DNA of 64,000 nucleotides from Octopus vulgaris (lineage: Eukaryota): assembly GCA_951406725.2 (NCBI GenBank), contig OX597824.1, positions 27,900,001-27,964,000 on the forward strand, written 5' to 3'. Positions 55,735-64,000 of this stretch are shown here, piece by piece (within the stretch, counting starts at the first letter, position 1; the number at the start of each line of letters is the position of its first letter). The notes beneath the pieces were generated by a model. The model searched no databases. It was not told where the DNA came from and worked only from the letters and a program-made list of their open reading frames with translations. A program made the translations under genes and the position numbers.

Positions 55735-55940
55735 CAAATTTTGACACAACGCCAGCAGTTTGGCGGGAGGTGTAGTCAAATAAATCAACCCCGTTTCTCA
55801 TAAGGGACTTATTTTATCAAATCCGAACTGATAAAATGCGGTGTCGATCTCGGTGAGATTTGAACACAGACCGTAAAGATGGACGAAATGTCGCTAAGTA
55901 ATTTGCCCTGCGTGCTAACAATTCTGCCAGCTCACCAACT
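55735..55940 (-). mobile_element. Degenerate SINE-N
   Basis: gtgctaacaattctgccagctc, gatttgaac. Confidence 0.65.
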
Positions 55941-56980
55941 TTATTCGTGTTTCTATATTAAAAAGTAATAAACCAGCTTGGTATCATTATATCACCAGTG
56001 CTGTTCATGTCATCCCTAGCCAAAACCCCGTCAACTGTGATTTCTCGTCATTAGACAACGTCGTCTAATACAGGTTAGGAAATTTCGTTCTTTTTTCTTT
56101 TTACAGATGCTATAATGTGATATGAAGGGAAAAAAGAAATTAACATGTCTATCAAAAGTGTATATGGTAATAAAGAACGAACAAACCTCTAAAGTACGCC
56201 AATATTAAGTGACGAGCTAGCTTAACATGAATTCATAAACATTCACAATCATATAGAGGCAGAGTGCTTATTCTACAAATCGATTCTTTGGAAAATATTC
56301 CGTGTATGAAATCAGCAGCTTTTACCGTTATTTCCAAGAAGCATGGACCTTCTCAGTGCCTTCCCCTCTGTCCGGCTGTCTGTCTGTGTGGCTGTTTGTC
56401 TCTCTCTGTCTGTCAGTCCTTCCCTCTCCTTCACTCTCTCCTTGTCTTTATTTCTCTATGACCAGGAGAAAGGAAGAGAGAGAGAGAGAGAGAGAGGGAG
56501 GAAAGAGGGAAAGGGAAAGAAGGAAAGAGCGAGAGGGATAGAGGGAGAGAAGTCATGGGAAGATTGCGATCAGCGATGCAAAAACTTACAACCGATTGAT
56601 TGATTACCAATACATTATACAAACGATCGATTACTCAGTAGGTTAGATATTTGGCCATTTGACTAACAATAAATGATATTGAACCAGTGCGTGTTTTTAT
56701 TAATGGCGTAATGACCCGCCCAAGAAAAACAAAATATATGTATATGTGTGTGTGTATTTATGTGTATGTGTGCGTCCGTGTGAGTGAGTGTGTCGTCACC
56801 TCATACCTTGTAGCTATAATCCACTCTACTGGACATACATTTGCATCTTACAAGGTAACACGGGTCCAGGAAGCGGAAGGTAGTACTCCAAGTGATATAT
56901 ATTCGCTGTACAGTCTTTGATCTTATGAGTTTGTAGGTTCCAGAAAGGCGCTATGGATATATTCATACGTACATTTTTTA

Positions 56981-57122
56981 CGGCGCAGGCTGTGTAGTAA
57001 GACGCTTGCTTCCCAACAACATGGGTCAGTCAACTTGGATTAGTGCCTTTTACTACAGCCTCGGGCCAACCAAAGCCTTCTGAGTGGATTTGGTAGGTGG
57101 AAACTAAAAGAAGTCAGTCGTA

Positions 57123-57197
<75 letters not shown>

Positions 57198-57219
57198 GCA
57201 TCTCATCTCTCTATCTCTC

Positions 57220-57284
<65 letters not shown>

Positions 57285-57700
57285 GGAGAGTTTACGAAAA
57301 AAACAAAAGACGAAGACGGGTGGTGTACAAAACAAACAGATGTATTAGTATAACGCTCAGGAATAGAAAAAGTCTTTTACGTTTCGAGCCTACGCTCTTC
57401 TACAGAAAGGGACACAGAAAAAACAAGGAGAGAAAAAGATGTGTGTAGTGACTAACGATCTATCATGGCTGATAGTATACATATATATGCTCTCACACAC
57501 ACATGTACATATGTATATATATGTGTGTGTATGTGTGTGCTTGTGTGTGTGTCTGTGTTTGCATCCCACCATCGCTTGGCAACCGGTGTTTCTGTGTTTA
57601 CGTCCCTCTAACTTAGCAGTTCAACAAGGACACCAATAGCACACTTAATTAGCTTACAAAGAACAAGTCTGGGATCGATTTCGTGGAGTAAAATTCCTCT
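56981..57700 (+). mobile_element. Degenerate SINE-M with a hammerhead element nested in its microsatellite
   Basis: Head at 56981-57120, tail at 57545-57700. Confidence 0.7.
57282..57470 (-). mobile_element. Hammerhead-bearing element family F1 (motif 57374-57409)
   Basis: Minus strand cttt-CTGTAGA-a-gagc gtag gctc-GAAAC-GTA-aaag. Confidence 0.8.
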
Positions 57701-58190
57701 CGTTTGGAACTGCAATGCTTATAAGCACTCACGTTTATAGCGCTAGCAGGAAACAATCGATCAAGACCATCGCCAGGACTACCAGATCATGTGATTTCTG
57801 CCTTACTTGGCCTTTTCAGTGGTAGACACCCGTGGCTAAATGTACCAGCAACTTCACCGTCAGCGATCTATATAGAATTCCACTGTCTATTCAGGCATTA
57901 GTGTCGCAAATAGCCTGTGAGCTCATTGAAACATAATAGTGACAGAAGCATTACCATTCCAATTTATTTTATTAAACGCCTTGATTATAATCTCATTCCC
58001 AACTTTTATTGCCTTCTGAAATCTGCTATTTTGAATATGCACGTATATAACGAACAGTTTTCGTATTAATGCCAAACCTTCTTTCCAACTATCTGTCTTG
58101 TAATGAAAGAAACATTATAAGGAAAGGAAAATAGCTGCAATAAAGCATGGTTACTCTCTGTAAATAGCTTTCATTAACTGTTGCATAAAG

Positions 58191-58505
58191 AGGCGTAATG
58201 GCCCAGTGGTTAGGGCAGCGGACTCACGGTCGCAGATCGCGGTTTCGATTCCCAGACCGAGCGTTGTGTTTGTTTATTGAGCGAAAACACCTAAAGCTCC
58301 ACGAGGCTCCGGCAGGGGATGTTGGAGACCACTGTTGTACTCTTTCGCCACAACTTTCTCTCACTCTTTCTTCGTGTTTCTTGTGCAACGCTACGACGGA
58401 CTGGCGTCCCGTTCAGCTGAGGGAACACATACACCATAGAAACCGGGAAACTTGGCCCATGAGGCTGGCTAGGCTTGAAAAGGGCGCATAAATAAAAAAT
58501 AAATA
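58191..58505 (+). mobile_element. SINE, head B with tail Y
   Basis: Head as in 39019 and 61317; tail gactggcgtcccg...gaaaccgggaaa...ggcgcat as in 63460. Confidence 0.85.
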
Positions 58506-59259
58506 ACTGTTGGATAAGCAGTTGTCGTTGATGATGTGTGTATTTGAGAAGGCGTGAATATAATTGTCCAAAAGCTTTCTAATGCTGTCTCAATACAAAC
58601 TTAGTCCAATGGATAAAAGCATACACAAACTTTTTTACCTACTAACAAACATTTCTATGTATTGCTTTGTGTCTCTGAAAGTAGAAAACGAAATTGTCGC
58701 TTACTCGATAACTCCTTCAAACGCAGTATCAAGTGTAAACTATTTGAAACTTTCTGAAGTGTATCCAGAACAACGTTATTGTAAAAACCCCGCGGTCTTC
58801 TGAGGTCACTCAGAGGTATGATGAAGAAGTAACGATATTCTGTGATGCATGCTATTTTCCCTACAGATATTATTATTAATAATTTTTGGCAATTGCTTAG
58901 CTTAAAGAAGAGCAGCTAAATTTTATATACAATTTGTATAATATTATTTACGACACATTTGATACGCATTTGATTCAATCTCTATGTGTAACGTACAATC
59001 GCAGATATACACTTCCATATACAAGCACTCAGGCGTACATAACCGTATAAACATTTATATACGCACACACATACACATACATATGGATATATGTATCTAT
59101 GTATGTTAATCTAATCGGTTACGCTATACAGTTGTAGAGAACGAATTTATTATTCTTAAACAAGAATATTATTGAGAGTCACTTACATGTTTCGGCTTCT
59201 TAAGCCGTCTTTGTTGTTTAAGAATAATAAATGTATGTATGACTATATCTACCAATCTA

Positions 59260-59332
<73 letters not shown>

Positions 59333-59388
59333 CTCTATCTATCTATCTATCTATATATCTACCTATCTATATGTATGTTACCTGTCTG

Positions 59389-59433
<45 letters not shown>

Positions 59434-59434
<1 letters not shown>

Positions 59435-59593
59435 AAAAAACTGTTACTCGGAGTTTCACGCTCGCGATCGTCAGATGATTTTGTTTCTAAACAAAACTGT
59501 CCGACGAACGGGAACGTGAAACTCCGAGTAACAGGTTTTGTGATATTTTTGCTGCTTTTCAATAAAGCATATTACTCTACCTCAAATTATCGA

Positions 59594-59595
<2 letters not shown>
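59434..59595. mobile_element. Inverted double-hammerhead element family F2 in a TA tract
   Basis: Palindrome 59434-59540; plus motif 59497-59534 ctgt-CCGACGA-acg ggaa cgt-GAAAC-tc c ga-GTA-acag; minus motif 59441-59478 with CTGACGA core. Confidence 0.8.
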
Positions 59596-59666
<71 letters not shown>

Positions 59667-59669
<3 letters not shown>

Positions 59670-59858
59670 CAAATTTAGATAAAGCAAAAGACGAAGGCAG
59701 CTGAGGGAACAACCAAGCAGGTAAATTAGTTTAACGCACGGGAAGAATGAAAAGGTCCGTAACGTTTCCAGCCTACGCTCTTCCACTGACAGGACTGAGA
59801 AAACAAATAATGGGGAGAGAAGGTAAAAAAAGAAGAGAGAAAACTATTTAGGTCTCAT
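59667..59858 (-). mobile_element. Divergent family F1 hammerhead element (motif 59757-59792)
   Basis: Minus strand ctgt-CAGTGGA-a-gagc gtag gctg-GAAAC-GTT-acgg. Confidence 0.7.
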
Positions 59859-60084
59859 GTATATATATGAAGTGATAGCGATGACCCCCTCCACCCCGAA
59901 GTAATTTCAAACTTGCTAAGTAATTATTTTTATACTATGATTAACATTTGTTTCGTAAATCCATATGTACGATATTTCATTGCTAGTTTTTCTTCTGCTT
60001 ACGTTACGTTTTTAGTATTAACTGGGATATATATGGTATAGTGTTTTAATAATTGTTTTTAATTATCCTACGAAGAAGGGACTA

Positions 60085-60342
60085 AAGATTTAGTGCACCA
60101 ATCCGACCGTGGCCGATGCCAGCCTCGCCTGGCACCTGTTCAGGTGGCACGTAAAAAGCACCCACTGCACTCACAGAGTGGTTGGCGTTAGGAAGGGCAT
60201 CCAGCTGTAGAGGCGTTGCCAGATAAGACCGGAGCCTGGTGCAGCCTTCTGGCTTCCCAGATCCCCGGTCGAACCGTCCAACCCATGCTAGCATGGAGAA
60301 CGGACGTTAAACGATGATGATGATGATGATGATGATGATGAT
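60085..60342 (+). mobile_element. 3' part of a SINE with (GAT)n tail
   Basis: ggcgttaggaagggcatccagctgtag motif, common in RTE-associated/V-type SINEs, ending ggacgttaaac(gat)n. Confidence 0.65.
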
Positions 60343-60696
60343 ATAGTGCAAATGTTATTCCTTAAGTCCCCTAATTTAGATATTAATCTTAAAATAGCTA
60401 ATATACAATTGGTATATAGGTATTGATTTTAAAATAGCTTATATGGACTTGGCGTAGTTCTACAGTCTAGAAAATAGTGGAAGGATCTAAGGTCGAAGTT
60501 TTTTCAAATAAGTCTACGTTTATATTGTTGAGATGTGTAGAGAGGCTGCAGCATATATTGAAGTACATCGTTTTTTACATTTACAAACACTGGATATTAT
60601 GTCATATGCCTCTCTAATAACGCCTACAGGCGAGAGTTCTTGTGTCTACACACAGCATAATTGTTGCCGAGGACGCATCATCATCAAAATCATCAC

Positions 60697-60764
<68 letters not shown>

Positions 60765-61316
60765 ACAGCAGCAGCAGCAGCAGTGTCTTTACAGTGATGT
60801 GGTGTCGGGTTGCTAAGCTTCTCCTCCTTTTCCTTTTATCGGTTCCTTCTTTCTATTTAGATCCTTATTAGCATTAGGATTATACGTAATGGGGGCCTCA
60901 TCAGCTTTAACAATTCCTTAGCCATATCAACCTCTCTGTCTTTATCTATCCTTCTTCATAGCGTGTCACAAGTCTTACTGTAAATCTCCCAAGTCTCTTT
61001 TGTTCATCTACATTCATCGTCATCCTATATTTCCTGTAGACTGCATCTAGCTCACGTATTGTTTCCTGAATGCTGCAATGTGCAGTTGTGGTTACATCCT
61101 GCATCTTGGCTTCTACTGACCAAAAAAAACCCAGAGAACTCAAGAGCTCTACAAGTACATGAAACAGAATACAACGGTGAAGAAAGCCATTCATTCGAAG
61201 AGTATATGGTTGATTACATATTGCCTCAAGTGCCGTCTTAATACAGAGTTCTTCTGTATGAATAAAGGAGTGGCAGCATGTAATGTTGAAATCATAAAGT
61301 CTATATAGTCTGTGTA

Positions 61317-61622
61317 GAGGCTCAGTGGCCCCGTGGTTAGGGCAGCGGACTCGCGGTCGTAGCATCGCGGTTTCGATTCCCAGACCGGGCAGGCGTTGTG
61401 AGTGTTTATTGAGCGAAAACACCTAAAGCTCCACGAGGCTCCGGCAGGGGGTGGTGGTGATCCCTGCTGTTCTCTTTTGCCACAACTTTCTCTTACTCTT
61501 TCTTATGTTGGCCTGCTCGCTTAGCCAGCGGGGTGGCGTCATTTGAAGGCTAAAACAATGCGAAGCGCCTTGTGACCAGCGATGTGTAGCAACATCTGAT
61601 ATCTTGGTCGGTCACGGTGATA
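61317..61622 (+). mobile_element. SINE, head B with tail Z
   Basis: A box tggccccgtgg, B box gtttcgattcc; body as in 39019; tail as in 22724-22842. Confidence 0.85.
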
Positions 61623-62051
61623 TAGGCTGTAGCGTTTGTTGTTAAAGATGTTCTATGAAATGAACCATTCGCAACTGTTAAAGACGTACATCATCTATTA
61701 CATTTACAAACACTGGATTATGATGTTATAGTCTTCTCTAATAACGCCAGTTGACAACAGATCTTCTGATTATAGTGGTTACAGCTTGCTCACTGGCTTC
61801 CATTCACCAATAAAACGGAGAATTTCAGGGCTATCCAAAAGGATGGCACTGTTGATGCATGTCTAAGTACATAAAACAGAATATAGCTGTGAAGAAAGTC
61901 ATAACCGTCATAAACTTCACAACTCTCAGACATAATGCGTAGCTGATTATATATTGTCCAAAGTGTCTTCTTGATACGGAGGATATCTTTATGAATAAAG
62001 GATATTAGCTGTCTTTTTTAGTGTATATTATTACAACAGTGATGTTTTCTT

Positions 62052-62271
62052 ATTCTCTTTTACTCTTTTACTCTTATATTTGTTTCAATCATGCTGTGTC
62101 CATGCTGGAGCACCGCCTTTAGTCGAGCGAATCGACCCCAGGACTTATTCTTTGTAAGCCTAGTACTTATTATATCGGTCTCTTTGCCGAACTGCTAAGT
62201 TACGGGGACGTAAACACACCAGCATCGGTTGTCAAGCATGTTGGGGGGGACAAACACAGACACACACACAG

Positions 62272-62329
<58 letters not shown>

Positions 62330-62508
62330 TTATATACATATATACGACGGGCTTCTTTCAGATTCCGTCTACCAAATCCACTCACAAGGCTATAGTCGGC
62401 CCGAGGCTATAGTAGAAGACACTTGCCCAAGGGGCCATGCAGTGGGACTGAACCCGGAACCATGTGGTTCGTATGCAAGTTACTTACCACACAGCCACTC
62501 CTACGCCT
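62052..62508 (-). mobile_element. SINE-M, full length
   Basis: Colinear with other copies. Confidence 0.9.
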
Positions 62509-63124
62509 TGTTCAACATTGTCTCATTATGGTTTACCTTATTAATGTAACGTTACCAAATACAATGTAGTCGATAGTAATATTTTCTTTGACAAATATTT
62601 TAGCAATAAAATGGTTTGTTATAATGACATTCATATAATATTGCCCAGCTTAATATGAATTCAGATTTTTCTTCGTTTCCCAGTTTTACCAATAGTAACA
62701 ATATCTGTAGATTGTACAAATATATGAGAAAAAAATTATTATAATAAATCAATACATTTTACACTTTGTCAAAGAAATAATTTAAAGATATAACATCAGT
62801 ATTGAATATAAATAGAAGTAATATTGAAGAATATTGAATAGAAAATAATGGTATGTGTTGAGCAGGAAATGTTGGGAAAGAGGGGGACATTTTTGGTATG
62901 AAAACTTAGCATGGTTTGGGTGGGGTTTATTAGAGTTTGTTGATGTATTTTTGGTGCATTCAGATATGGATATCAGTTTGATGTAATAATAATGATTTAA
63001 TTACATTTCATATGAAAGTCGATATGAAAAGGAATAGGATGTGCATACATCCTGTACGCAGGTATATCACAGATATTTAATTTATATTTACGTAATTGTA
63101 CGCATATATATACATGTATATATA

Positions 63125-63175
63125 TTGTTGGCATCCTTTTTGTCTCGGGAGACAATGGAGTTGCACATAAAGTAG
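63125..63175 (-). mobile_element. RTE-type LINE 3' end remnant
   Basis: Minus strand ccattgtctcccgagacaaaaaggatgccaac resembles RTE 3' stem-loop termini. Confidence 0.4.
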
Positions 63176-63459
63176 TCTATTCCTGCTTTTACATTTCATG
63201 TCCTGATACATTTCCTGCTGGCAGGTACCGCAAACACTCCCTCTGGCAGGTACCGCAAATGTAGCGAAGACTGTTCCTGGCTGGTTGTAGTGTCATAGTT
63301 TCTTGTTGACGTCTCTTCATTTCTTTCTATTTCTCCTCTCTCTCTCTCTGTCACTCCTTTGTATTCCCTCTTTTACGGTACGTCGCCATTCTCCACGGTT
63401 GCCGGCAATTGCCTCCTAACCGCTAGTGTATATATATATGTATTATACCTATATATGTG

Positions 63460-63718
63460 GAGGCGCGGAGCTTAGTGGTTAGGGTCTCAGCATCATGATC
63501 GTAAGATTGTGGTTTCGATTCCTGGACAGGGCGACGCGTTGTGTTCTTGAGCAAAACACTTCATTTCATGTTGCTCCAGTCCACTCAGCTGGCAAAAATG
63601 AGTAACGCTGCGATTGACTGGCGTCCCGTCCAGCTGGGGAATACAAATGCCCTAGAAACCGGGAAATCGGGCCCATGAGCCTGGCTAAGCTTTAAAAAAG
63701 GCGCATTTATTTATTTAT
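63460..63718 (+). mobile_element. SINE, head A with tail Y
   Basis: gcttagtggttaggg...gtttcgattcc...gtgttcttgagcaaaacacttc; tail as in 58191. Confidence 0.85.
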
Positions 63719-64000
63719 TATACCTATATATATATATATATATATATGGAGAGAGAGAGAGAGAGAGAGATAGAGAAAGAAACATATATATATATATATG
63801 TATATAGATATATATATATATCCAGATTTTCCAAGGCCAATAAAGAAAGTTACGATGTTTCGTATCAGAATACCTCCACTTTAATCATGCAATCGAAGGC
63901 AGGATTAACGTAATGGCTGAATATCCATATTTCAAGAGTTATTGCTCTTTCATGAGCATCACATTCAACCCATTAACCACCCACGAACACATTGTTTCCA

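Noticed and set aside
60946-61422. 158-aa ORF
   Set aside because: Begins in an antisense SINE head; the paralogous duplicate has indels and stops; no known motif

Overview
AT-rich, microsatellite-saturated eukaryotic DNA with no recognisable host protein-coding gene. It is probably a large intron or intergenic region of an octopus-type (coleoid cephalopod) genome, inferred from the SINE and microsatellite landscape. Almost all ORF-track entries are translations of simple repeats. Identifiable content includes three groups of tRNA-derived SINEs (dozens of copies), four mariner relics (one near full length, one fold-back), a DD37D/maT relic, R4/Dong-type LINE fragments beside (TAA)n, an ORF1-only L1/Tx1-like LINE, two non-autonomous Helitrons and a MITE. 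The main unexplained signal is a dense set of short non-coding elements, most of them inserted in (TA)n tracts. Each carries a minimal type I hammerhead-ribozyme fold (CUGANGA...GAAAC-palindrome-GUH) with compensatory stem I changes. There are about 12 good and several decayed motifs from at least 6 families, arranged as solo units, a partial tandem or head-to-head inverted pairs, as expected for Penelope-like pLTRs or retrozymes. All motifs were read by eye; no searches or folding programs were run.
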